Shown one piece after another: positions 50,420 through 64,000 of a DNA stretch of 64,000 nt (positions within the stretch are counted from its first letter, which is position 1; each line of letters begins with the position of its first letter). The position numbers and the translations under genes were made by a program. Source of the stretch: Lama glama (lineage: Eukaryota); the NCBI GenBank assembly GCA_028534125.1, contig CM052817.1, forward strand, positions 45,076,001-45,140,000, written 5' to 3'. Below the pieces are notes generated by a model. The model had not been told where the DNA came from, searched no databases, and worked only from the letters and a program-made list of their open reading frames with translations.

Positions 50420-51340
50420 TAGGCACATGTAAAGATGCTCAGTTATCAGAGAAAAGATTGCTAATTATCAGAGAAATGTAAATCAAAATATCACTTCACA
50501 CCAGAATGGCCATCATTAAAAGTCCTCAAATAATAAATGCTGGAGAGGATGTGGAAAAAAAGGGACCCTCCTACACTGTTGGTGGGAATATAAATTGGTG
50601 CAGCCACTATGGAAAACAGTATGGAGATTTTTTTTAAACTGAAAAATACAGTTATTGTATGATCCAGTAATCCCAGTCCTGGGCATACATACAGAGGGAA
50701 CTCTAATTCAAAAAGATACATATACCCCAATGCTCATAGCAGCACTATTTACAATAGCCAAGACATGGAAATGTCCACTGATGAATTACTGGATGAAGAA
50801 GATGTGAGATATATATATATATCTCACATATATATATATATATGTGAGATATATATATATATATATAAGAAGATGTGAGATATATATATATATAATGGAA
50901 TACTACTCAGCCATAAAAAATAATTAAATAATGCCATTTGCAGTAACATGGATGGACCTAAGTAAAGTAAGTCAGAGAAAGACAAATACATGATATCACT
51001 TATTTGTGGAATCCAAAAAAAAATGACACAAATGAACTTATTTATAAAACAGACTCATAGACATAGAAAACAAACTTGTGGTTACCAAAGGGGAAAGGAG
51101 GGGGAGGGATAAATTAGGAGTTTGGAATTTGCTGATACTAGGTACTATATATAAAATAGATAAACAACAAGATCCTACTGTATAGCACAGGGAACCATAT
51201 TCAATATCTTGCAATAATGTATAATGAAAAAGAATATGAAAGAAAATATATATGTATATATATATATAATGAACTATACAGTATGCTGTACACAAGAAAC
51301 CAACACAACATTGTAAACCAACTATACTTCAATAAATTTT
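50420..51340 (+). mobile_element. L1 3' fragment
   Basis: L1 ORF2 C-terminal and 3'UTR motifs. Confidence 0.85.
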
Positions 51341-51344
51341 TTTT

Positions 51345-52775
51345 AATATTTAAATAATTATAGATTCACAAAGAGTTACCAAAAAAATGTACAAGGAAGT
51401 CCTGTATACCCTCACCATATTTCTTTAGTGGTCCAGAGGCCTTTTCAAATATTATTACTTTTTTTGAGATATAATTCACATACCATATAATTTACCCATT
51501 TAAAATGTGTGACTCTGTGCTTTTTTAGTATATTCACAAGCCTGTGTAACTGTTATCGCCATCTAATTTTAGAACATTTTCATCACCCTAAAAAGAAACC
51601 CATACCCATTAGCAGTCACTCCCCCTTCTCATTTCCTTCTCCGTCAATCCCTGGCAACCATTAATTTGCTTTCTGTCTCTACGAATTTGCCTATTCTGGA
51701 CATTTCATACAAATAGTTTGATACATGGCTTTTGGGATCCAGATTCTTTCATTTAGTATGTTTTCAAGGTTCATCCATGTTACAGCATGTGTCAGTTTTC
51801 AAAATTTCTTTTTATAGCTGGATAATATTCCATTATATGGATATATCACATTTTGTTTATCCATTCATCAGTTGATAGACATTTGGATTATTTCCACTTT
51901 TTGGCTATAATGAATAATGTCACTATGAACATTCATATACAACTTTGTGTGTAAACATGTTTTCAGTTCTCTTGGATGTATTCCCAGGAGTGCAACTGCT
52001 AGACCACATGGTAAAATTAAGTTTAACTTTTAGGGGGGCTGCCAAACTGTCTTCCACAGTGGCTATATCATTTTACATTCCTACTAACAATGTATGAGGG
52101 TTCCAACTTCTCCACATCCTCACCAACATTTGTTATTTTGCATTAAAAAAACTTTTATAGCCATTCTACTGGGTGTGAAATATCTTTTAATAGTTTTGCT
52201 TTGCATTTCCTTAGAAACTAATGATGTTGAGCATCTTTTCTTGTGCTTATTGAAATTTGCGTATCTTCCCTGGAGAAATGTCTATTCAAATTCTTTATCC
52301 ATCTTTTAATTGGGTTGTCTTTTTATTGTTGAGTTGTTTTTTAAGATATATTCTAGATATTAAGCCATTATCAGATATATGATTTGCAAATATTTTCTCA
52401 GATTTTATGGGTCATCTTTTCACTTTCTTGGTAGTGTCGTCTGATACATAAAAGTTCTTAATTTTAAAAAAAGTCCAATTTTTTTTCTTTTGTTGTTTGT
52501 GCTTCTGTTGTCATATCTAAGAAAATGTTATGTAACTGAAGGTCACAAAGATTTATACCTATGTATTCTAATTGTTTTACAGTTTTGGCTCTTACAGTTG
52601 GATCTTTAATCCATTTTGAGTTAATTTTTATTTGTAGTGCAAGGTAGGGGTGTAGCATCATTCTTTAGCATGTAGATATTCAGTTGTCCCCTACCATCTG
52701 TTGAAAAATATTATTCTTTCCCCATTGAATGGTCTTGGAACCCTTGTGAAAAGTCAATTGACCATAGACATATAG
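51345..52775 (-). mobile_element. Older L1M-type fragments
   Basis: ORF 52464-52661 (INSKWIKD) is L1 ORF2-like. Confidence 0.8.
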
Positions 52776-52831
52776 GTCCAAAGGCTTTTTATAAGCAGAA
52801 TAAATTAGCATATGTTTGGGATGATTTAATG

Positions 52832-53044
52832 CAGGGCTTCTCAGCAGTGGCACTGCTGACATTTTGGCTTGAGCAATTCTTTGTTTGGGGGCCCATCCCG
52901 TACATTTTAGGATGTTTAGTAGCATCCCTGCCCTTTACCTACTAGATGCCAATAACACCCTCCCCCCCATGACAATCAAAAATGTCTCGAAACATTTACA
53001 AACGTCCCTAGAAGAGCAAACTTGCTCCCAGCTGAGAACCACTG
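52832..53044. mobile_element. MER20 hAT DNA transposon
   Basis: cagggcttctca...tgagaaccactg termini; internal MER20 motifs. Confidence 0.85.
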
Positions 53045-53193
53045 GTGATCTAGTGATTTTGTACGATCCTCTTGGGAGTTTAAAGTGGATACTAGGCCTT
53101 GGGTGTCTTTGTTTGCAACCAGGTGTCCTTGCAAGAATGTCAGAGGAAATGAGCACTGAAAACTAGACTAAGTGACTTGCTCTCTCTGGTAAG

Positions 53194-53447
53194 GGTTCAT
53201 CTCACTGGACGAGTTCAGGCAGACTTGGAAGCTGTTCAGCTCTCATATGAACATTGACATCACAGATGACTGCATCTGCGACCTTGCCCGGAGCATTGAC
53301 TTCAACAAGGATGGCCACATTGACATCAATGAGTTCCTGGAGGCCTTCCGCCTTGTGGAGCAGTCCTGCTCAGAGGGCGATGCCTCAGACTGCCCACGAA
53401 CCACAAACACCAACAGCAGTGCCTGCAGCAGCCCAGGCGCACACTAA
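53194..53447 (+). CDS. PPEF2: PPEF2 last coding exon, EF-hands (GFISLDEF; DFNKDGHIDINEF), ends SSPGAH*
   Basis: taag acceptor; ORF 53247-53447; summed exons give 2250 nt with no internal stop. Confidence 0.96.
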
Positions 53448-53760
53448 GGCCAGCCTGGTCTCCATCGTCCGAGGTGCCTCATGAGCAGTGCTGAGCTCGT
53501 TGCCAGAATAGTTCCCTTATTCTCCAGAAACTGTGGAACTTTATGCTGTGGCTTTGCCTACCAACATGCATCAGAATCACCTGTATTCTTGGGGTGGAGG
53601 GTGAAGTTAGAGTGTGTGTGTATGTATTTTAAATATGTAGGTGCCCTAGCCCCATCTCAGAATTTTCACAAGGTAGTACTGAGATGTATTTTTAAATTCT
53701 CAAGTCTATCCCAGTTAAGAACTACTAATTCAACTCCTTCATTGTTTTCATTATAAAAAC

Positions 53761-53770
53761 AATAAATAAA
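53761..53770 (+). terminator. Candidate PPEF2 polyadenylation signal (overlapping AATAAA x2)
   Basis: aataaataaa about 315 nt after the stop codon. Confidence 0.5.
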
Positions 53771-54179
53771 AGATATGTAATGTCTTATTAGTAAAGGAAA
53801 GTTATGAAAAATTATTTGTGTAACCCCATGACCCAAACGTATGGATTCTTCTCATTATTTACTTTTTCTTGTTGTAACTATAATGCTTATGTAATCTAAT
53901 GTTCTGCTTTTATTTTATAAGTTCACATCTGTGTTGCTACATAGTCTTCATGATTATGCATTTAAAGGCTGCATAATTTCAAATGGATGCAGTATAATCT
54001 ATGCAGCCATTCTCCTAGTGTTAAACATGTGTCTTGTTTCCGGTTTTTCATTATTATAAACAACACTGTGGTTAACAACTTTGTGCAGATAGCCTGTTTC
54101 CTAAAAATCATTTGAATTTATACATTTTCACAGGCTAGAGCCCCAAGACTGGGATTACTTTGTCAAAGGGAGTCTTATT

Positions 54180-54575
54180 TGTCTATAAAAAGGTTTACTG
54201 TAAGGAATTGGCTCACGTGGTTGCGGAGGCTGAGAAGTTCCACGATCTGCAGTCAGCAGTTTGGAGACCCAGGAGAGCTGACAGTTGATTCTGGTCAGTC
54301 AGAGTCTGAAGGTGAGAGAAGACAGATGTCCCAGCTTAAAGGCACTCAAGCAAAGATAAGGAGTCTTTTCCTTACTCAGCATTTTATTCTCTTCAGGACT
54401 TCAGTGAATTGGGTGAGGCCCACCCACACTGGGGAGGGCCATCTGCTTCACTCAGTCTGCTGATTGCAGTGCTAATCTCACCCACAAACACCCTCACAGA
54501 CACACCCAGAAATAACGTTTTACTGAATATCTTGGCACCCCACGGCCGAGTGGACGTGTAACACTAATCGCCACA
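54180..54575. mobile_element. MLT2-type (ERVL) LTR
   Basis: aaggaattggctcac...gaggctgagaagttccacgatctgc signature. Confidence 0.75.
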
Positions 54576-54904
54576 GATGTGAACATCTGACAGGTTGCTT
54601 TTCAGGACTGAGCACGCTAGTTTCCCCATAAACTCATGAGCTCAGAGTGCAGTCATTTCTAAGTTTTGCTAACAGTGAATGATAGTGCTTCCATGCTATT
54701 TTATATGCATTTCTTTGGTTGGTATCTCCCCTACCTCATTTTATTTGTACAGGAAATTGAAGTCCAGGTATGTGACCTAGTTAATGACACAGCCAAGACC
54801 AGAACCCCTGATCCCTGGCTCCATCCAGTGTCCTTTCCAGTTTTCCAGGACAATATTATCTGTTTGGTTTGATTATAAACAATCCCTGGATTATATGCCC
54901 TTTT

Positions 54905-55400
54905 TTGTTTGGGAAACAGACCCTAAGGTGACCTCTACCCCAGTGATATCTCACCTCCTGGTGTTCCTGCCTTTGCCTGATTCCCCTCTCCACAAGTGCT
55001 GGCAGGACCTGTGACTTGCTTTTGATCAACAGAATATGGCAAAGGTGACGGGGTGTTTGTCCTGTAACTATATGACGCTATATAAAATTCCACGTTAGTA
55101 CACTGGAGCAGGAAATTCTCCTTGTTGGCTTGTGGAAACATGCAGCCACATTGAGGGAGCCCACATGACAAGGAACTTTGGGTGGCCTGTAGGATCTGCA
55201 GATGGCTTCCAACTGATAGCTACAAAAATCCAAAGCCTCCAGTCATACGAGGAAATAAATTTTGCCGACATTCTGAATTAGCTTGGAAGCAGATTATTCC
55301 AGATGTAGTGGAGCCTCCAGATGAGAATGCAGCCTGGCCAAACCTTGACTGCAGGCTTGTGAGACCCTGAGCTGAGGCTCCTGTAAAGCTGTGCCCAGAC
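54905..55400. mobile_element. MLT1-type MaLR LTR
   Basis: gagcctccagatgagaatgcagcc...gtgagaccctgagc signature. Confidence 0.7.
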
Positions 55401-56489
55401 TCTTGAAACACAAAAACTACAAAAGTCCTTGGCTTGTCAATTCAGGATTGGATGGCTGTCTTGGAGCTTGGTGGGTCGATGGCTAAACGCCGAGTTCCTT
55501 TCTTGAGTCTAGATGGCACAGCCACAGATTCACATCAGGCCATTCTTCTGCTCGCTCTAACCAGTTTTCTGGGAAGTGGTTGCTTTGGCTCTTATTTCTT
55601 CTGGGCCCTCGCTGTTTGCTGTTATACACCCTTTAGGCTCTGTGTCCTGCAGTAGGCAAGTTCTATGTATACATTCAACACTTTGAGAAAATTTCCTTTA
55701 TCAATTACCACAGGGATTGGCTTCAAGGGAGTTTTAATTTTAAAAGAGTTTTTAAATTGGTCTAGGAAGAAACAGCAAAATCATGCGTCTAATCCAGTGA
55801 TTTAGCCTTAACTGCTCATTAAAATCATCTGGGATATTTGAAAACAGGATGTCTGTGGCCCCATTCCAGACCAATTAAATCAAAATCTCTGAGTAAGAGG
55901 CCATGCTATTGGAGCGTTTTAAGTGTGCCCCAGGTGATTCTAATGTGCAGCCAGGCTCCAGGACTGCTCATCTAATTGGTTTACCCTGCAATAGCGAAGG
56001 GGGGTTATTTGGTAAGACATTAACTGCTATTTGCACTGGGATAACTGTAAATATGAGAGGCCAATTCAGAAACCTCACATTTTTAGATTTAGATGAGGAC
56101 ATTGCCAAATACCCCCAAATTTTCGTGTTAACAGACACAAGAAAGCCTGATGTAATCAGATTAAACACACATACTTCTCCACTTGGATATTTAATGGGCA
56201 TCTCAAAACTTAACATTTCCAAGATAAACTCCTTGGAAACTCCTATTCCCCCCACCCCGAATCTAGTCCTCTTGTGAGCCTTCCTATCTGATTACATGTC
56301 AGTTTCATCCTATCAGTTTCCTTATGCAAAACACAAAACAAAACAAACTTCTTTTTCTTGTTTTCTACATCCAATTCTTCAACATAGCTTGACTCTACCT
56401 TCAAAACACATCCAGAATTGGACCCCTTCTTACTCCTCCATTGCTACCTCCCTAGTCTAAGCCATGTTATTTCTCACCTTTACTTATAG

Positions 56490-57160
56490 TGCAGTGATTC
56501 TCAAAGTTTTCAATCACAGGATTCTTTTACATTGTTAAAAATTACTGAAGATCTCAAGAGCTTTTGCTTATGTGGGCTATCTCCATTGATGTTTACGGTA
56601 TTAGAAATTGAAACTGAGAAATATTTCAGATATTTATTAATCATTTTAAAATAAAAACTATACTTATTAAGTTAACAAATATGTTTAAACTTTTTATTTT
56701 GCAATAATTATAGGCTCACAAGAAGTTGAAAATAATGCAGAGAGACCCCATGTTTCCATCATCCAGCATCCCCAGTGGTGACATCTTACTTAACCACAGC
56801 ACGTCATCAAAACCAAAATGATAATGACATATTTTAAAGATTAACTATATATCCCCAAACAAAAATTAGTGAAGAGTGGCATTGTTTTACATATTTGCAA
56901 ATCTCTTTAATTTCTGACTCAATAAAAGACAGCTGAATTCTCGTATCTGCTTCTGCAGTTAATCTGCTATGATGGTTTGTTGGCTAAAGTACATAAAAAA
57001 GTCCAGCCTCATAAAGTTGGAAAAGAATGTATTTTAATAGCCTTTTCAGATAATTGTGGATATTCTTCTTTGATATACTATACCCAAACTTGATAAATGG
57101 TAATTCTTAAAGGTTAGCAGAAATAGGGAGATTGAAACCAAATCAATAAACTTTTCATGC
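56490..57160. mobile_element. Charlie1-like hAT fragment with small L1 insert
   Basis: cagtgattctcaaag terminus; recalled Charlie1 motifs. Confidence 0.6.
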
Positions 57161-58395
57161 TCTCAATACCATACTGACAAAGACCACGAGGAACACACCT
57201 ATAACTGAACAAAGCTAGGTTTGCTGAATGTTCCAGCCCAGCCAATGGCAACTGCACCTGATAACACATGGAGCAGAAGAATCACTCAGCTGAGCCCAGT
57301 TAACCCACAGAATTGAAAAATAAAGTAAGTATTGTTGTTTTAAAACATTAACTTTTGGGATAATTGGTTATCCAGCAATAGATAACCCAAGGCACTGACA
57401 ATCCGAGGAGTTCGAGTTTAGCTGTGTTAATTAACAAAAGATAGTTTCAGGAAGGGCTCACGCTTCCCAGGAGCACTGTTTTCTAAGAATATACTAACAG
57501 TCCTTTTCTGTTTGGGGATTTTTGACGTGTCTTCAAGATATATACAAGTATTTTGTGGGGGAAGTTGTTTGTTTTTTTAAACCAATTACTACTGCTGCTG
57601 GACATAGAACTCATGTGCAGGTGTAATTAGGACTCCATACATCTCTAACAATTATTGCTTTAAATTATTTCTGTAGAACTCAAAACCTTTTATCTGTATT
57701 TTAATGATTAAAATAAAGGCATACATTTCTTAATCTCTGGGTTAGTGTTTTGAAATATTTCCCAATCACAGACATTAGACACTAAGTAAACCTCAAAGCC
57801 ACTTCACAGGCAGGCATCTGCTAGAATGCTCCAGGCAGGGGGTCACTGCTCCTGGAGGCAGCCTGGTTCATTTTCAGAGAGAAATACATGTTAGAAAGTT
57901 TTCCCTTGTAGGTGTGTTGAGAATCTGGGGCTAATTAACCCAAAAACAGAAACACAGTATTTTCTTGACAGAACCCTCATCTTAGTCTGAAACTAAAGGA
58001 AGCAGAGCCGAGTCTCTTTATTACTGACAGATTACAAACCATGTTATTTTTCTCCCAGATGAAGATAATTTTAGGAGTGCATTTTTGGTAAACAGATTCG
58101 ATTTGTTATTATTATTTTTTTTTAATTTTAAACTGTTTAAAGTGTACTCAATTGGGTTTTTTCTTTTTTACTAAAATTGTTTTTATGATATATATTTATG
58201 GCAAAGGATATTGATTTTCCAATTACAGCACTGAGGTAATGTTTTCTTTTAAAATAAAAGCATCCAGAGTTTGAGAAACATTGGCCTCATAAACAGTCCA
58301 ATCTGTACCCACCTCTGCAGTCTCAAATCTGAGCTTCTTCCCAAACTCTCTCTAGCTACTTGGATCTTGTGGTCCCCCAGATATACCCTACCTTT

Positions 58396-58883
58396 TGAGA
58401 CAAGAGGGAAGGGAGCAGGGCACAACCATTAAAAGAAAGACAGCAATTGAAGATATGACATACACTGGTTAGAACCAACTCAGCCAAAGATGGGAGAGGA
58501 TTTGACTTCCAGTGGACCTTGAGCCTCACGGCACACCCTCAGGCACCGAGACAATTCAAAGGCTGGCCATAAAAGGCCAAAAAGTGGGTGGTCGCCCAAT
58601 TCCTGGAAATCCCCACCCTTTCCCTAACACAGTTGGAATAGTCCTCCTACTTATTAGCATATGAAATTCTCAGCCCTTGAAAACTAACCATCCCCACACC
58701 TCGTGGCCAGTCTCACTTTCAAAGATGTAACGCTATGCTCTGGGGCCACACCTCTTGCCCTCTGAGACAGCCCATACTCTGCCTACAGAGTGTGTATCTC
58801 CCTGAATAAACTTGCTTTCATTTTACTATGGCTAGATCTTGAATTCTTTCCTGTGCAAGACAAGAACCTATTCTCCAGCAACA
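58396..58883 (+). mobile_element. Solo ERV1 LTR
   Basis: TG...CA ends; perfect 4-bp TSD CTTT; AATAAA near 58805. Confidence 0.88.
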
Positions 58884-60662
58884 CTTTCACATAGTTCCCT
58901 GATCCTGAATTGCACACACACCACCTACCCCTCTCCACCTTTGGCCTAGCCTCATTCTTCAAGATCAAGCTCAAGTGCCTTCTCCTCTGTGCAGCCTTCC
59001 GGCGACCCATCCCCTCCTCAACCCCTTCTTTGGGCCACCAATCTGCCTTGGGTTCTTTCTACTGGAGCCTGACTCACTCACTCATGGTGACTGGCTTACA
59101 TGCCAGCCCCACGGGCTCCCTAATAACACAGGCAGGTTTTATGTCCTCTTCACCATTGTGACTCAAGCAACTGGCCAGGCACACAACAGGCACTCCGCAA
59201 ATGTAATTTGAGTTAATGAATATTCATAAAGGTCAAACATTTTTCCTTGTTTCTAGGTTAGAATCCACTAGCTTATAAAGTCAGCATCAAATATCTCTAG
59301 GAAGATTAACAGTCAGAAAAAACTACCGCACAGAACCCAACCTAGTCATGGAAACAAACCAAAAAGGTCCTTTCTTTTAATAAACAGAAAGAAAAACACA
59401 AGCTGCACAGATTTTTATTTAAATGATAATATGCTTGTGTTGTGAGCACATGGGGAAACAGGTACCCTCATCCATTGTTGGTAGAGGTGTAAATTGGTAC
59501 CAAAAATGCTCATCCTCTTTGACCCAATAACTCCTCTTCTACATGACTATTTTCAGAAACATTCTCAAGAGTACAAAAACCACATGTATAGAGATGTTCT
59601 TGGCAGCATTGTTTGTAGTAGCCAAAAAATTAGATCCTATCCTAAAGCCCATTAATGAAGGATGGAGTTTTAAAAAAAAAGTGCCCTTCCCATTTCTATG
59701 AAACACTAAGCAGCCATTAAAGAGAACTGTCCACCATTAGCTGTGGTCACTCCTGGGGCATGAGTTTACGGGGGACTTTCATTGTCTACTCACATGGTGC
59801 ACCAGGGGCACCAGGAAAATTCTGAGTGAAATCCTGGAAACAAACCTAGTTGCCAAGGCTTCTATCATTCAGTTTCCTGTAAGGTTTTCTTACAATCATG
59901 AGATACTTTTGTAATTCAAAAACACAAATTTAAAAACCAAACTACAGTTTGGCCTTCCTTTAAAAAAGGGGCCCTATCCATTTTTAAAGCCACTAGATGT
60001 CACTCTGAGCAAATGCTGTGCCATAACTGTAGGTGCTAGAAAATGCTGATTCCTCATTACCTACCAGCTAGCAAGAGATGTGAGTCTGGTCCCAGGGAAA
60101 CGCGGACTTACGGGAAAGAGTCCCCGCAGAACCCCTGCTGGCCCTGCACACTGTGCCAAGCGGAACAATCAGAAAAGGAGAGGCACAAACTCAGGGAGGT
60201 GCAGCCAGGACGTCTGAGGGAGGCACGGCTAACCCTGGACCCAGAGTTGGGGAGGGAGCCTCCCAGCAGCAACCGGGCACACCGTGGCCACAGCCATGCA
60301 GGTCCCTCCCTACTCCTGGGCCGTGAATTTGTGTATTGGATGCCCGGCCTTGACAGTTGATTTTGCTCCCAAAATATCTACCATCAAGGGAAACTTTTCC
60401 AGCACCAAGGAAGGGGTTTTGGGGGTGATCAAACTTCTGGATCTACCTACTAAATTACATGTGCCACAGCTCAGAGGAATGTGTTAAATGACAACAGATT
60501 ACAGTTAGCAAAACCCAGACTAGGGACTCTACATGACAAATGACCTAGTTTCTTCAACAAATAAATACAAGGAGACAAAAAGAGATGAAGAGGAAACCTC
60601 AGACTAAAAGAGGCTTAAGAGCCATATCAAGCAATTACAATGTATAGAAATTATTTGATCCC

Positions 60663-62630
60663 TCAATGGATCAGAATAGAGAGCCCAGAAATACACTCAC
60701 ACACCTACAGTTAATTTTTGACAAGGGAGGCAAAAATATGCAATGGAGAAAGGATAGTCTCTCCAGCAAGTGGTGTTGGGAAAGCTGAACAGCTACATAC
60801 AAATCAATGAAGTTGGAACACTCCCTCACACCACACACAAAAGCAAACTCAAAACGGCTTAAAGACTTGAACGTAAGATCAAACGTAAGACACTATAAAC
60901 CTCCTAGAAGAAAACATAGGCAAAACATTCTCTGACATAAATCTTAGCAATGTTCTCCTAGGGCAGTCTAGCCATGTAATGGAAATAAAAGCAAAAATAA
61001 ATAAATGGGACCTAATCAAACTTATAAGCTTTTGCACAGCAAAGGAAACCATAAGCAAAAAATGACAACCTACCAAATGGGAGAAAATATTTGCAAAAGA
61101 TAAGACTGACAAGGGCTTAATTTCCAGGGTATATAAACAGCTCAATACAACTTAATAAACAAACAAACAACCCAGTCCAAAAATGGGCAGAAGACCTAAA
61201 TAAGCAATTCTCCAATGAAGAGACACAAATGGCCAATAGGCACATGAAAAAGTGCTTAATATGTCTAATTATCAAAGCAATGCAAATCAAAACTACATTG
61301 AGGTATCGCCTTACACCATGGCCATCATTCCAAACTCCACAAATGATAAATGCTGGAGAGGCTGTGGAGAAAAGGGAACCCACCTACACTGCTGGTGGGA
61401 ATGTAGTTTGGTGCAGCCATTATGGAACACGGTATTGAGATTCAGCAAAAACTAAAAATAGACTTATCATATGATCCAGCAATCCTTCTCCTGGATATAT
61501 ATCTGGAGGAAACTTAAAAAAAAAAAAAAAAGATACATCCACCCCAATGTTCATAGCAGCATTATTTCAATAGCCAAGACATGGAAGCAACCTAAATGCC
61601 CATCAACAGATGACTGGGTAAACAAATTGTGGTATATGTATACAATGGAATACTACTCAGCCATAAAAGTGAATGAAATAATGCCATTTGCAGCAATATG
61701 GATGGACCTGGAGATCATCATACTAACTGAAGTAAGCCAGAAGAGAAAGAAAAATATTGTGAAGGAAAAGCTGGGCTGGTCTAACAAGATAACTCACAAG
61801 TCTAGGAAAGTGAAGGAGAGGCTGGGCTGGGCTGGGCTAACACACAAATAACACACAAATCTAAGTATTGGAATACTGATCTGAGTTCTGCTAGACTAAC
61901 TTGTAAATCTAGGTTAATTAGTGTTGGTTTGCTGTTCATGTTTTTTGCTAGCCAGCTGGGTTTTCAAAGATACATATCTGGCTTTGGACTGTTGGTTTGC
62001 TGCATCCCTGCCTCCACTTTTGTGATGATAATGCTGCTAAAGCTGTTCCATGCCTATTGGCCAAATACCCCAAGCTTGTACTTTACCCTGTAAAACCTCA
62101 TGTGCACATCTTGAAGGTGCTCATAGCTTCGGAGCAGAAGCCCCTCTGAGCCCGCCGGCATAATACATCTGAGTACTCCAACCCTCCGAGTGGTGCTTGT
62201 TTCTTGACTGGTCTGTCGTTTCCGTAACAATATCATATAATATCACTTATATGTGGAATCTAAAAAAAAAAAAAAAGACACAAATGAACTTATTTCCAAA
62301 ACAGAAACAGACTCACAGACATAAAAAACAAATTTATGGTTACCAGGGATTAAGAGTAGGGTAGAGGGATAAATTGAGAGTTTGGGATTTGCAGATACTA
62401 ACTACTATATATAAAATAGATAGACAACAAGGTCCTACTGTACAGCACAAGAAACTATATCCAATACCTTGTAATAGCCTACAATGAAAAAGAATATGAA
62501 AAGGAATATGTATCTATATGTATAACTGAACCACTATGCTGTACACCAGAATCTAACATTGTAAACTGACTACATTTCAATTTAAAAAATAAATATAATT
62601 GTTACCCAAAAATCAAATTAAATTAAAAAA
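60663..62630 (+). mobile_element. L1 3' segment inserted in an older L1 and itself interrupted by an LTR
   Basis: L1 ORF2 C-terminal peptides (ORFs 61252, 61471); TSD agaaattatttg / agaagttatttg. Confidence 0.88.
61758..62229 (+). mobile_element. Solo LTR nested in L1
   Basis: TGT...ACA ends; perfect TSD ATAT; L1 sequence rejoins across it. Confidence 0.88.
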
Positions 62631-63030
62631 CAGAAGTTATTTGGATTTCCTAATCAAAGAAACTTAAAAAAAAAAAAGACAATCAGAGATGTGTGAATAC
62701 TGACTGGGTATTTGATGATATTAAGAAATTACTGTTAATTTTTAGGTATTATAATGACACTGAGGTTATTTTAAGTCCTTAGAGAAACATACTGAAACAT
62801 TTCCTGGGATTTGTTTCAAAATAAGGGGCAGTGTGTGGGGGTGCAGATGGAATCATGCTGGCCCTGAGTTGATCATTATTGAAGCTGGGTGATGATTACA
62901 TGAGGTAATTATACTATTCTCTTTTACTTTTTTTGTATGAGTTTTACTATAAGCATTGTTTAAAATTAGATACCAGCATTAAGGTGGGAGGAATAAATGA
63001 CATACTTGCTAAAGCAAACAATCAAACTTT

Positions 63031-63530
63031 NNNNNNNNNNNNNNNNNNNNNNNNNNNNNNNNNNNNNNNNNNNNNNNNNNNNNNNNNNNNNNNNNNNNNN
63101 NNNNNNNNNNNNNNNNNNNNNNNNNNNNNNNNNNNNNNNNNNNNNNNNNNNNNNNNNNNNNNNNNNNNNNNNNNNNNNNNNNNNNNNNNNNNNNNNNNNN
63201 NNNNNNNNNNNNNNNNNNNNNNNNNNNNNNNNNNNNNNNNNNNNNNNNNNNNNNNNNNNNNNNNNNNNNNNNNNNNNNNNNNNNNNNNNNNNNNNNNNNN
63301 NNNNNNNNNNNNNNNNNNNNNNNNNNNNNNNNNNNNNNNNNNNNNNNNNNNNNNNNNNNNNNNNNNNNNNNNNNNNNNNNNNNNNNNNNNNNNNNNNNNN
63401 NNNNNNNNNNNNNNNNNNNNNNNNNNNNNNNNNNNNNNNNNNNNNNNNNNNNNNNNNNNNNNNNNNNNNNNNNNNNNNNNNNNNNNNNNNNNNNNNNNNN
63501 NNNNNNNNNNNNNNNNNNNNNNNNNNNNNN
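63031..63530. other. Assembly gap (500 N)
   Basis: Direct reading. Confidence 1.
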
Positions 63531-64000
63531 GTGAGGCACTGTGAATACAATGATGATGGGACATTAGCCTTGCTTTGTCTAATTCAGTGTTTCTCACCTC
63601 TGGATACACATTAAAAATACCAGTGCCTAGGCATCACCCCAGACCAGTTAAGTTAGAATCTCTAGGTGTGGGTCTGGGCATAGGCATTTTGTTTGAACAA
63701 GTTTCACAATTGATTAATTACACTGTGAGGCCAGGGTTGAGACCATTCATTTAACTGATCTTTGATCAATGAGTAGTTCTGAGCAATCTATTAAGAAGAC
63801 TGCGTCTTGATTTATGAAGTTTTCAAGCAACTTTTAATGACTAGAGGTACCCTCTAGGTGTTCACTCTGTGGAAGGACAAGGACTGATCCAGCTGTGCAC
63901 ATCACTGTGGCCATCTGGCCACACCTGACTTCCCAGTTGTTGACAAAAGAATCAGTCAATTTCAGGCATTTCCCATGGAATTTTCCTTTGTGTTTTTCTT

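Noticed and set aside
62933..63614. Five long ORFs of 176-205 aa
   Set aside because: Artefacts of translating the 500-N gap
53800..64000. Exons of the neighbour expected from human synteny (USO1)
   Set aside because: No recognisable coding exons; region is mostly repeats

Overview
Mammalian genomic DNA, probably camelid (two tRNA-derived SINEs resemble the vic-1 family). Two intron-containing genes lie on the + strand. First is the 3' half of NAAA: six coding exons (365-11546) plus a non-coding terminal exon near 12601. Second is a complete PPEF2: 16 coding exons (23688-53447) that I spliced by hand into an uninterrupted 2250-nt CDS (749 aa) with IQ motif, PPP catalytic motifs and EF-hands, plus a probable non-coding first exon ending at 22305. 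The rest is transposon-rich: a decayed MER34-like class I provirus between the genes carrying four nested insertions, a second decayed class I provirus antisense in PPEF2 intron 10, solo LTRs with 4-bp TSDs, L1/L2 fragments, hAT/Tigger elements and a 500-N gap. I found no wholly new biological system. The best leads are a GC-AG intron in PPEF2, an apparent homolog of the human PPEF2 short-isoform tail at a MER53 end but lacking an adjacent AG, an env immunosuppressive domain split by a related LTR, and overlapping perfect AT-rich palindromes. Repeat family names, exon numbers and human comparisons are from memory and need database checks.
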